Below are positions 9,838 to 22,190 of a DNA stretch of 64,000 nt, piece by piece (positions within the stretch are counted from its first letter, which is position 1; every line of letters begins with the position of its first letter). This DNA comes from Macrostomum lignano (Eukaryota): positions 263,766 to 327,765 of the forward strand of contig NIVC01000014.1 in assembly GCA_002269645.1 (NCBI GenBank). Reading direction: 5' to 3'. The notes beneath the pieces are model-generated. The model worked only from the letters and a program-made list of their open reading frames with translations, ran no database searches and was not told the DNA's origin. Both the position numbers and the translations under genes were made by a program.

Positions 9838-12800
9838 ATGGCTGGTAGACATCCTCATTCAAGTGCTGTCAGAGCTTTACAACAGGAGCTCAAAAGTCTA
9901 AATGATGAGCCGGTCGAAGGGTTCAAAGTAAAGCTTAAAGATGAGGACAATATATTTGAATGGGACGTTGCCATTTTTGGCCCACCTGGAACTCTTTATC
10001 AGGGAGGATATTTCAAGGTATGACAATAAAATTATGGTTTAAATGCTTCTGTTCAATTTTGATACTTGTTTGTTAATGTTATTTGCTTTGCTGCCTTTGC
10101 ATTGCATAATTTACCAAACTAACCAAGTCTTCAATTAAGTCAAGATTATGTGAACCAACCTAAAGCTATTATGTTAACTTTATTTGGGCCTAGATATAAA
10201 TTAACTACTGGCCTATCGTGGTATTATAATTGTTAATTAAAAAGCATCCATTTAGTTAGCACCTAACCTTGGCTTTACCCTTAGTTTATTTTCTGGATAT
10301 GAAAAATTTAGGTCTAAACAATATAGCTAGTAAATTTGAAACCTATATAAGCCAAGAACTAGGACTAGAGTATAGCCCTATATATCAAATCTATATTATT
10401 TATAGTAGTCTAGATTTTATTAGAAAAATATCTTTTTATTACTCTTTATTATTATGTTGGCTTTTTAGCTTTTATATTTATTGAATAAGAAGCCCCCTAT
10501 TGCTTTTACAAAAATTAATAACCATATGATCCATTTGAATTCATGCCTAAAGTCTAAGAAAACATTTTTGTTATGTTGCACACATATGCCCAACCTCAAA
10601 ATTTGTCTAGATTTGCAACTTAGTTTCTTTTGATTTTGAATTAGTTCCTTCTAATTGCAACTTAGTTCCTCTTGATTGCAACTTAGGTCCCCTAATTGTG
10701 ACCTAATTTTTACTTTGTATATGACTTTTCTTGCCTTTCTTGTTTTTTTCTCTTTCTTTTTCTCTCTTTCCTTTCTCTCTCTCTTCTCCCTCCTTTCTTT
10801 TACTTTTCTCTTCTTCTTTCTTTTTTCCCCTAATTTTTTGTTTTTTGTGTTTTTGATTTTGTGACTTACCTTGGCTGGTAGCCATTTCACCCATCTAGTT
10901 TAGACCAGTGGCTATATTGTGCTGCAAATTCGCTCCAGGCTAAAAAATGGTGCAAATATGCAAAAAATTTGACCATGGTGCAAAAAATTAAAGCAGCAGT
11001 AAGCGCAAAAAAATAACTTATTTTTCAAATGTTCAAAAACATTTTTTGATTTTTTACACAGAAAAGAGGGGTTTCTATTAGTTCCAAGCTTTTGTCTATG
11101 GCCAACATCAACAAATCTGATGACTCATCACTAAATTCAATATCAATTTGCACTCCATATGCCCAAATAAGAGTAGGCTAAATAAAGGAGCATTAGTTTG
11201 CACTGCAAAGATTGGTAGGGAGTGGACTATCTAGTGTTTTAGTATCTGTGAACTAGATTTACAAGTTATACTAGATAATGAAAAGGATATTTTTGGTCAC
11301 TACTCACTAAGTAGTACATAGACTTGCAGACATTGCTAGACATCGTAACTGTGTTGTGACTGTCAATATCTTTTTGATAAAAATATATGAGTGCGTGATC
11401 ATTATAAAAGAGCAGACTTTTTGCCTATGGTACAGTGTGGAATTTAGCCAAAGAATGATAAGAATTTTCCATATTTTTGTTAAGTATAATGCCTTTTTTA
11501 AAGTATCACTCCAGTGTTTTTTTGGGGCTATGTATATACTGATAGCTCAATTTTTTTTGTATTGGCGCAAAAATTTCAGGTTGGCTTGCTATAGCCACTG
11601 GTTCGGACGGGTCGGATGGGTATTGGGCAATATGACTATGCATATTTTCTGTAATATTTTGGCAAAATAATTTTTGTTTTAAACCATCAATAAAGTTAAT
11701 ATAAATAGATACAATTCTAGCAGAAGAAAAAGCAACTTGCACTCACTGCAATATATTAAGAAAAACAGTTAATAGTGATTAAGGAAGAAGAATTCTAAGT
11801 CAATATATTTAAAGTATGTTTTCCAAGTTGATTTATTTTTTCAAGTGAGGTGAAATACATAAGCATATACAGTATATACCACTAAGAAGCAAAAGTGTTG
11901 AGTAAAAGAATACAAAGTAGATCCTAACAGTACATATAAGGTACTGGAGGCTATGACCCACTGATCTCAGTAATGCCCAAGACTAGAAATATATGCAGTA
12001 CATATACCAGTAGACTATATACTGCTCAGGCCAAAATAACAATAGAATGCTACTAGAATAACAGTAGAACGCTGCCTATGAGGGTTTAATTAAATACTTA
12101 GAATATATACTGAGAAGAATAATTCTTAAACTAATACTCACATATATACTTGGATCAATACTTAACCTATGCTTAAATAAATACTCAGATTAAAACTTAG
12201 ATTAACACTAAAAATATTACTTAAACTGATTCTGTGAAATTAAAAGTTAGGATAATAAATCTATATTAGAATTAGAACAGTATTGGTGGCAACAACATGA
12301 GACAAAGTAAGCCCTTTCACAACTTTGGTAAGAATTTTAATGAAGAGAAGTAAACCTTGTAACAACTTGGTAGCATTAGTGGAATTTCTAAGAGGGAACA
12401 ATAAACCTTTGTAGCAGTGGTGGGATTTATAGGTAGAGAGGAAAAATGCCTATATAAAATTTTTGTCATTTTAAATAAAATTTTATTGTAGGCCTACAAT
12501 TATACAAAATAGACATTTTTGTAAATTTAATCTCTTTCTCAATGGCAAAATCTTTAGCTTCTTTTGTTATATAAATAATAACAGAATGTGTTTGGTGTCA
12601 CAGGGTATATAAAGCATTTAATAAATTATAAAAATAGATATTATATTAAAGGAGAGAAAGTTCATTTTTCTGATTATTTTATATATAAAATTTGGATCCA
12701 TTTTTATAGTGCAAAATTTGCTACTTGATTGTTATTGTTTAGTGGCCCAACCAGGAAGGAAATGGAGAGCAATCACCCCTCCCCCTTAGGTGGAGACCTG

Positions 12801-14535
12801 AAAAAATCAAAGGGAGGCCAAGTAAATTTTCATCAAAAAACAAAGCCACCCCCTCTACCCTTCCTTGGTCTTTATCCTCTAGAATCTGCCCCCCTCAACA
12901 AATTTCTGGTTGCACTACTATTGATATTGATATTAATAATATTAACAGTGCTATTTTTCTTCTTTAGGCTAGTTGACTATTCAATTCGCTTAAATTACCA
13001 GTAATTATTTTTCATTGATCCATCAATAGGTGAAGGTTGGTATTATTAATAATTCATATAGGTAAGCATAGATATAATATATAAAATACTGCGCTCAACA
13101 CTTTTAGGCCTCAATGCTGTTTCCTATGGACTATCCATACTCGCCGCCTTCAATCTCCTTCATTTCGAAGATGTTTCATCCTAACATTTATGATGTAAGT
13201 AGCCTTATTTCATTGTGTTTTGGCTGCCAGATGGACAGGCAGACAGACAGGCAGACAGACGAACAGACAGACGGACAGAAAGACAGACACAGATAGACAG
13301 AGAGGCAGACAGACAGACATCAAACAGCCAGATACAGACACTACAGACAGACACCACTAAGACGGAAATGCAAAGACATAATGGACGGTAGACTGTACGG
13401 TAGCTTTTAAATAATAGAGTGACAAACCATCAAACCAGATGACACATCTATCTAACACACAATTTAATTGGCTTCCAGGACGGCAAGGTGTGCATCTCAA
13501 TTTTGCATCCGCCTGGCGATGACCCAGCCAGCGGTGAGCTGCCCTCGGAACGGTGGAATCCAACGCAGAATGTGCGCACTATACTACTCAGCGTTATTTC
13601 CCTCCTAAACGAGCCCAACACATCTTCGCCGGCTAATGTTGACGCGTCGGTCATGTTTCGTAAATGGAAAGAAAACAAGAGCGACGACTATGTGAAAATT
13701 GTTGCGTAAGTGGGACAAAAAGGTCAAACCATATCATCAGGTCAGACCCTCTTCAACCCTACCATAGTAGGTCAAACCCTTTCAAAAGCTACCATAGGTC
13801 AGAACCTCCCCAAACCTACCATAGAAAGTCAGACCCTCCCCAAGCCTACAATAGGTCAGACCATCCCCAAACCTACCATAGAAGATCAGACCATCCTCAA
13901 AGCCTACCATAAAAGGTCAGACCCGCCTCAAACCTACCATAGAAGGTCAGACCATCCCCAAACCTACCATAGAAGGTCAGACCCTCCCAAAACCTACCAT
14001 AGAAGGTCAGACTCTCCCAAAGCCTACCATAGAAGGTCAGACCCGCCTCAAACCTACCATAGAAGGTCAGACCTTCCCGAAGCCTACCATGGAAGATCAG
14101 ACCATCCCCAAACCTACCATAGAAGGTCAGACCCTCCCAATGCCTACCATAGGTCAGACCCTTTCCCAGCGTGAATTTCGTCTCAGAATGCCAACTGTCA
14201 CTTCGATTCAGACGCAATCACCTTTAACCGCCTAACTCCGCCTTAAAACCCGGTGCAGCAAGCAGGTGGAGAGCACCCGTCGAGATGCCGAGGCTGACGG
14301 TGTTGTGGTGCCCACAAGAGTGGAAGACTACGTTGTCAGGCAGACTAGCGGCGTTGACATCGAGGACCAGCATAATGCCTACGACTATCACTATGACGAT
14401 TATGACGATTATGGAGACGACTGCGACACCGACGATTCAGAGGATGCTGACGCTCCGGCAGCCGATGTGACGCAGCAGCCGCCGCCACCGACGCGTCAAA
14501 ACGGCGCCTCTGCGGCATCGAATCGAGCATCATGA
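9838..14535 (+). CDS. CDC34: Ubiquitin-conjugating enzyme E2 R (Cdc34 family), 256 aa, 4 exons
   Basis: Exons 9838-10017, 13108-13194, 13479-13705 and 14259-14535 have GT-AG boundaries and consistent phases. [18 protein letters not shown] carries the catalytic Cys, followed by the acidic loop [14 protein letters not shown] and an acidic C-terminal tail. Confidence 0.95.
10906..11600. mobile_element. Old hAT-like MITE in CDC34 intron 1
   Basis: Ends CAGTGGCTATA / TATAGCCACTG. The flanks GTTTAGAC and GTTCGGAC match at 6 of 8 positions, a decayed 8-bp TSD candidate. Confidence 0.5.
13720..14160. repeat. 30-bp minisatellite filling CDC34 intron 3
   Basis: Unit of about AGAAGGTCAGACCNNCCCAAACCTACCAT repeated in tandem. 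Confidence 0.9.
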
Positions 14536-14924
14536 GTTGTCACCCAACCCCTCTCCCTCAGTCATTGTTTGTAGCATTCCCTTTATCCTCCCTTCCCCCT
14601 ACTGTTATTGGTTACTTCAACTTGCTACTGTGAAAATCTGAAATCTTCACTAAATTATCGCTATACACAGATAATATGCATGCGACAGCCACAGGTTTTA
14701 GAATAACCAGATCTGTCACTCGCAATTAAAGTTGTAAAAAATTAGAGCGTCTATTAACACTCTTTTTCAGTAGTTTGTCTACACACTGTCACTTTAATTT
14801 GATGTAGCAGCTGAAGTTTCCTTTCCTTCCTCGAGTTTTGCGGCCTCCGCAGCATATGGGGTTAAGAACAAACAGCAAGCATTTAACTCGATGTACACAA
14901 TTGAACTCAATACAGTCTGAAGGA

Positions 14925-15130
14925 GGCAGGCCTAATCTGGCTCAGCCAATGAGAGAGCAGTAAGGAGAGAGGCAAAGTCAGACAGACGAAAGTCAGTCTA
15001 GGTGGCAGGCCCATTCTGGCTCAGCCAATGAGAGAGTAGCAAGGAGAGAGGTTAAAGTCAAACGGAAGAAACTCCGCCTAGGGGAGGTCCAATCTGGCTC
15101 AGCCAATGTGAGAGCAGTAAGGAGAGAGGT
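14925..15130. repeat. ~78-bp tandem triplication containing CCAAT
   Basis: CTGGCTCAGCCAATG recurs at 14937, 15016 and 15094 with similar downstream sequence. Confidence 0.8.
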
Positions 15131-17079
15131 TAAAGTCAGTACCAAGCAGGCAAGAGGAAAGCCAAATTGTTTATCGGCCTGGCTGGGGGCTTAAGCGTCA
15201 TCTCCTTTCTCTCTTGCTCGCTATCCACTGGATTTGGCTTCAAGTTTCCTGAAATCTTCCGTCTTAAATTAATTTATTCTTTAATGAATACTTTAGAGCC
15301 TGAAGCAGTCTGAAATCGTTGAAGATGCTAGTTTAATGGTCTGGTTTTAGAAAACTCTAGGCGACTATTGCAGCTTCAAAATATTTAAATGAACCTTGTT
15401 AAATTCGCTTATTCAATAATCGACAAAAAGCGCTAATTTAGCTACGGAAAAAGTAGTACTTTAGCACAATTTATGTGCTAATTTCGTACTAAAAGTAGTG
15501 CGAAAGAAAGTCAAGCTATGTATTATCTGTGTCCCTGATAACTTTTATCAGAGCGACGTTAATGTGCGTTTCCTAAATATTAATACTATAGTAATACTAA
15601 TAGTAATACTTTATCAAAAAATTCTTAAATTATTCAAGCTCTTGAGTTCACTTATTGAATTTCTTTTCAATAATCTAGGCCTCTGTGTTCTTGTGTGATC
15701 ATATATGTATAAATTATTAATATTATTATTAACTACCTCTAGCATGTTTGTCTGACTATCCCTCTTCTCAGTCTGTCTTTCCCTCAATTACTTTTCTTTC
15801 TTTCGTTTTATTTTCTTTATTCCATGCTCCAAAATTGTTTGTCCGCTAATATTGTGTCGTCTTTAATAAAATACTTTAAAAATGTTTGTTTTAACTGATC
15901 TTCTTGCAAAATTAAGCTTATAGATTGTGTTCTTGTTCTTGCCGATGACCATTGTGCATCATTGTGCAGCCTCCCCCTGCGTCTCCCCCTCCGTCTCCCC
16001 CTGCGTCTCCCCCTCCGCCTTCCCTGCATCTCCCCTTCCTATCTTCTCTTTCACTCTCTCTTCCGCTTGAAAAAGTACACTCTGACCGTTCTTACCGTTC
16101 TCTCTTAACTCTATTGCTGTTCTATTTTTGTCTCTGACAGTAGACTGGCAAGACCAGGCCTTCCAGTTAATGCCAAGATCGATTTTTCTTGGTGTCAATC
16201 TTTAACTTAATCAAAATCATTTTTTGTGTACTCTATCTGTATTTATCTATCCTTATAATATGAAGATCGAAAGCATGCTAGATGTACCACTCTGTCTACT
16301 TTTACTAGCGCCTAAAATTGTGGCTCTGTACAGCTATGCAACTTGGGAATGTAAGTTATGTTTATAGTTAAGCCTGTTTATCCATGCAGTGTGTATGGCG
16401 TATCCAAAATTAGTTTTAGGAACAGGTATTTGCGCATAGGACTGCGTGTACATATGAATATCAGTTTTCTTTATTTTGTACCATCTAATTAATTATTTCG
16501 GGTTGAAATTGTTTGCTTAAAATCATCATTTCATGTACAATTGTTTGTGCTTAGTTGCGTCTCATTTGAGTTGACTTTGTTTGAAAAGTACATATGGAAA
16601 AAGAACATATACGAAAGTGCATATATAAAAGTACATTTATAAAATTCATCTGTATTGGATGCTTATAACTTTAACTGAGTTTGGCTGTTTAGTTGATAAT
16701 TTGAACTGTGACTCTTATTTAAAAGCCTATGGATTTTGTATTTGTAATTTTATATTTGATTTCTGCACGTTAACAGTATAGCTGTGTCTGTCTTCAATAT
16801 CGCGTTACTAGGACAAAAATGAATTTACTGAATTAAAATTTACTTTTATTAAGAGTAAATCTCTTATTGGAAAATATAGCATCATTTTTTGTTTGTTATC
16901 TATGATTTGTTTGTAATGGAAACTGTTTAAATTTGTTTTTACACCGTTGATCCATGCCACTATTCATTTCTGCTTCGACTCACCTGTACTGTACGCTCAT
17001 GCACCAGTGTTGCTGCGCCAGGCTTTGGTCTAAGATACTTTAAATTTTATCAGAATATTCATCATAATCCTCTCAGTTG

Positions 17080-17230
17080 GTGGGCCAGCCTCCCAGATCC
17101 TCAGTTGCTGAGCCAGCCTCCCAGATCCTCAGTTGCTGGGCCAGCCTCCCAGATCCTCAGTTGCTGGGCCAGCCTCCCAGATCCTCAGTTCGTGTGCCCG
17201 CCTCCCAGATCCTCAGTTCGTGTGCCCGCC
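17080..17230. repeat. 28-bp tandem repeat (~5 copies)
   Basis: Unit CCAGCCTCCCAGATCCTCAGTTGCTGGG. Confidence 0.9.
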
Positions 17231-17983
17231 TTGGGTCAGATTCAGTTCTTGACACATTCGCAGTGCAGCAAAACTGGTTGCGCTGTTAATTCTCTCTGAA
17301 TCATTTTTACGGTGTTTGCTGTTGCACGCTACTACTCATATGTATCAGTAGCACAGTGGGGGTTCTAAAAAAGTGATAAAAATAAATTGTTGCAAGTTTC
17401 GTTCTTGAGACACTGACCTTTGATGTCACTGCGCATTCTTTAATATGCTGCTTAAATTGTCTGTCTGTATGGCATTCTGATTCCAGAACTCGTTCCCACT
17501 TTCTGTAGTTTTGTTTGACAACATTGCTTATTAAATAAATAATCATACAAAACAAAGACAAATTTGAAGTCAGCTTTACAGAAAATATTTGTCAAAGTTA
17601 TCCTAATTTCAAAGTAAATCGACTGATTGACACATACAGCTGTTGTTGGTCTGTGTTTTCACTGTCTTCTTCTTTTCTATATCTTGGTAGATCAATTTGA
17701 GTGAAAGGAAGTAACTAATAGCATGCATTGTAATTGCATTATCTCCCTTCCCGAGTGACTTGCATCGCCTGTTATAAAGAGCCTGAGTCTTCCACTCTCC
17801 CCTGTAAGTCCCTGCGCGGGACCACAACGCCTTCGGTTGTCCCCCACAACCAGCGCTGAGGCAATTCTCAGAAGCGTCCAGAGGCACGAAACCTGAAAAT
17901 ACACTGCTCAAAGTTCCCTGTTTAAACGCTATAAAGATTACCCTGCTCAGTTCTAATGCGTCAATAAAGTATAGCTTAGGACA

Positions 17984-20900
17984 TCAACACATCGATGATG
18001 AGGCATCCAGCAGCCGCACAGCCACTCTTCCCTGCTCCTTGTCGGCGTTGCCGCCCGTGACTGTGACGCAGCCGCTGCCGCCGATGCAGGCGGAGCCGCC
18101 GCCTCCTCCAGCGTGGCCGAATCCGAGACCCGCTCCGCCTCCGCTGAAGCCACCACCGGCGCCAGGAGCTCCTCTTGTGCCGCTAGCGCTGCCGCCACCG
18201 CCGCCACCGCCGCCGAATCCGCCGTTGCCGCCACCGCCGTCGCCGCCGCTGCCGCCGACCCAGCCGTCGGCTACGCTGCCGCCTCGCTCTCCGTCGGTGT
18301 TGCCTCGTCTCGGGTTGACGGCCTTGCCGAGCCAGCCGGCACCGCAGCCGCCGTGGATGTAGCCGGACCCAGTGCGGCTCGGAGTGTTGGAGCCCGGGGC
18401 TCCGTTGGTTCCGCCTAAGCCAGAGAGGCGGGAGTGCTTGCCAATCGTGTCCGAACCGTTGCGTCCGGACTCACCAGGCAGTCCTGTTGTTTGCGTCATT
18501 TTATTGGCTTGAGTACATGTCAAACTTGTACTGTTGGTGTGACATGTAGTATTGCAGAATGTAAAATTCTCAAATTTCCTGTTTAAATTTATCACTGGAA
18601 GCACAATACGCTCGTAAAAGTTTCAACTAACGCTTAAACAAGAAGTGAATTTCACTCTCTAATCCCACATAGCACTTTGGGCACACTCATCTTATACAAG
18701 TACACAATACACAGGTGAGCATTGATTATCAACTTAACTATAAGAATTTCGCTCGCCAAATGGCTAATTTTGCAAAAAGTACATCTTAAGTGGACGTTCA
18801 CCTCAGACGTCCTTGCCATGAACGAGTATTTTAAAAGGTGGTATAGTTAGAAACTCGACTGTTGAAACACAAAAGCGGGCCTGTACGTCTGTGGCAAAAA
18901 CCCCGAGTTCGGGAAGCTCACCGTTTCCACCAGTGGCGCCACCGCCACCGCCGCCCGCAGCCAGCAGCAGCCGAGTCTCCGATCCGTCGCTTGTCCACAC
19001 GAAGCTGCCGCCGCCTCCGCCAGGCGCAGCGCCGTTCACCGATTCGTTGCTGCCCGCCTGTCCGACGGCGATGTCCAATCGGATTCCGGCCGTCAGACTG
19101 AAGTTGGCAGCCGCGGTGGCTCCGTGGCCTCCGACGGTGCCTTTGGACAGCTTGCTGCCGCCTCTGGCTCCGGCGGCCTCGATGCGGTAGCAGCCGGTGA
19201 GGCCGATCTGCAGGTGCTGGACGGACCCGCTGCTGCCCGTGGACAAGTCTGTAATTAACAACGCGTCAAAAATAGGCATTCTGATCTCAGCTGCATCCAA
19301 TCCATTACATATCGAATAAGCTAAAGGAAGGATTGCATGCAGGTAATACCAACTGCTCACTCTTGAACACGACATCGAGCCTGTAGGCCCTCTCTCGGAT
19401 TAGCTGCTCACCCGGCGGTAAAAATCACGTCGAAATGACGTCGATATTCGCCTTTTAAAGACTATCGCCGAATTAGTTGTCGGTTGAACCTTCATTCGAC
19501 GTCGAAATTTCGATATGAATTATTTTATCTTCTCATTAGCCAAATATATCATTTATGATATTTTACAATGTTTTCTTCAACGTGATTGCGATTTTACAAA
19601 ATTGACCTAAAAATTCAGTACAACAGAGGTTATATTTTTTGTTTTAACTCAGCGCTAGATACGCGCATTTTTTAAAAATATCGCCATGCGATGTCGATTT
19701 ATTATTTTTGATGCCTAACTTATATACATAAATGTTTAACTTATACTTCTGTATTACGCATGGCAGCTTCTTCCTTTCAATGCATTTTTTATATTTGTGG
19801 CTGTATTAATGTGTGATTGTGTGTCATAAATTGTGTGTATAATTTGGTTTAACATAATATTGCTGCCTAGAGTTTTAATCGTTTATATATGTATAAGCGA
19901 ATCAATAAAGTAGCCATAAATTTTTTATTGTTTGTTTTGCTGCCATTGCTGTTAATTATCTTTCCAGTCAAGAGGAACAACAAAGATAATTGTTCATTTT
20001 CCTCTTTTATTTGCTTTGCTGTTATTGTTACTTCTCATTTTTTATTTCACATTTTACATTTTTGAGTGTAGTTCTAGTTAGACTCAATATCATCTTTTGT
20101 CCATTATGTCATGCTTTTGCTAGTTCTTTATCAAGGTCAAAATTGCAGAAAGTAAAGAAGTTGTAGTTTGTGTTTGTAGCATATGCTCATAGTTACAGTA
20201 AAAACTAAATTGCAATGGCCAAATAATTGCTGAGCTCTAAGCAAAAGAAGAAATAATTAAAATAAAGACTGATAGAATAAATATATTTAGTATGTAGTTT
20301 TTATAATTGCTTATAAACCCTACCATTCTTTAGTATGATGCTATTAGATGTATGTAGTTTAGTATATCAGAGCAGACCATTTTTAGTATATATATTTTGA
20401 GATTAGAGATTTAGTATAGGTGCATTTATTATATTTAGATGTTGCCATTGATTAAGTGTAACTACTGTATTAAATGTATACTCTGTTGCCATTGCGTGTA
20501 TCCGTGTATCATTGCTCACAGTTTTTCATCGTTTTTTTCTCATCGTTGCTTTCTGTTCGCAATTGCTGGATGCCGATTTCCATGATCGTTTCCAATTGCT
20601 GCTGAATTGGAATTGAATACACGGTACTATACTTTTTTCATGGTTGCAAGATTATTGCAATTTGCGCGGATAGCAAATGAAACGTCAGCCCTAATTAGCA
20701 TTTTTATGCCTTAACACTTCTTTTACTGCTTAGAGTATTTCAGCGTATGAGTTATAAAACTTATGTTCCGTCAGCTGTAAGTTACGTACATGTAGTTTAT
20801 GGCTAATTGTATGAAACATTGCTATAGCATATTAATAATATTAAGTACTAGTATTAACAGCCATAATATTAAAATCGAAAATTTGTCGAAAATCGCCATT

Positions 20901-21459
20901 TGCTTTCTGTGATCTACGAGTATAAACGACGTCGATTTTTCGCCATCAATAGTGGAAAACACGACGTCGCATACTCGACATCTGATGGCGAAAATTTCGA
21001 CGTCGAAATCGTGGTTCAAATCGACATGAAATTTCGACGTCGCTTTTCGACGTCATTTCGACGTGATTTTTACCGCCGGGCAAGGTTGGCCACCGTCCAC
21101 ATGGATTCGTCCGCCTCGGAACCGAGAACTCGCGTCACGTGACTCGCCGTCGGTCCCAGAGACTGCGACGCATCGTTGATGACGACGAGCTGGCAGGTGG
21201 AGGTGCTCTTAGGAACGACTGCCACAGCGCAGCCTCTCGCTCGGCACCTGAGCAGACAGTCGGGCACCGAAGCGACGTTGGTCTCGGTGATGACGTCACT
21301 GCTCACAGTCGGATCGAGCGAGACGGGCAGGGCCGAGCGGACGAGACGCTTGCAGCTGGGCGAAGTTGTCTGCGGCATCCGCGATGCAGCAACTGCAGCG
21401 AGGCAGCAGAGCATACAGAGCCTCAGCCATAGTTTGAGATCGTCAGTCAATTCCAACAT
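17984..21459 (-). CDS. Secreted protein with signal peptide, PAN/apple-like domain and ALK/LTK-type glycine-rich domain; exon 1 interrupted by a transposon
   Basis: Segments 21459-21081 and 19408-19361 (joined after removing the insertion), 19248-18922 and 18483-17984 give a 417-aa frame with GT-AG phase-1 introns. PAN-like CLLRCRARGCAVAV..TCQL and Gly-rich motifs GCYRIEAAGARGG, VGQAG, GGGGGSFV, LLLAAGGGGG and GGFGGGGG are present. Confidence 0.8.
19411..21080. mobile_element. Non-autonomous CACTA/CMC-like DNA transposon, 1670 bp
   Basis: Perfect TIR CCCGGCGGTAAAAATCACGTCGAAATGACGTCGA at both ends, 2-bp TSD CA (19409-19410, 21081-21082), subterminal CGACGTCG repeats and an AT-rich interior. 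Confidence 0.9.
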
Positions 21460-21933
21460 GTTTCAGCCCTTCTGCTTCTCGTTTTGAAAAAAATCAACCT
21501 GCGAGAATTTTTGCTCCGTCGTTTATGACTGCATGCATGTTTGTCATGCTTTTTTAATCCGCAAGAGACGCTGCTGGAGCTGCAGTTTCTCTGTCTGTCC
21601 AACCAATGGAGACTTTTGGTCGCGTAGGCTGTCTGTTGCTTCTGCGAGGCTAACTCGAATTGGTGACTCCTCCGTATTTACCTCAGCGAGAGTAGACAAC
21701 TCTCTGCAAAGCCAAGTCGTCCCACAGGAGGTTTTCCCGCAGGATTTTTTCATTCGTAATTTCAAGTCAAATTCAGTCTATAGACAATGCTAGTCTAGAT
21801 TAGAACTAGCCTAGACTAGACTAGACATAAATTAGACCAGTTTAAAAACTATTAGAACTAGACCAGATTAGAACTAGACTAGACTAGATTTCAGATCCAA
21901 TTGGATTTAACTTGAAATTCCGACTGGAAAAAC

Positions 21934-22190
21934 CTGCGGGAAAACCTCGCTGCGGGAAAACCTCACTGCGGGAAAACCTCGGTGCGGGAAAACCTCACTG
22001 CGGGAAAACCTCACTGCGGGAAAACCTCACTGCGGGAAAACCTCACTGCGGGAAAACCTCACTGCGGGAAAACCTCGCTGCGGGAAAACCTCACTGCGGG
22101 AAAACCTCACTGCGGGAAAACCTCACTGCGGGAAAACCTCACTGCGGGAAAACCTCGCTGCGGGAAAACCTCACTGCGGGAAAACTCTGC
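21934..22190. repeat. 16-bp tandem array (CTGCGGGAAAACCTCA, ~16 copies)
   Basis: Direct periodicity. One inverted copy lies at ~21728-21743, and TTCAAGTCAAAT / ATTTAACTTGAA inverted arms lie between them. Confidence 0.9.

Noticed and set aside
18039-18418. Proline-rich or alanine-rich plus-strand ORFs
   Set aside because: They are antisense shadows of the Gly-rich minus-strand exon.
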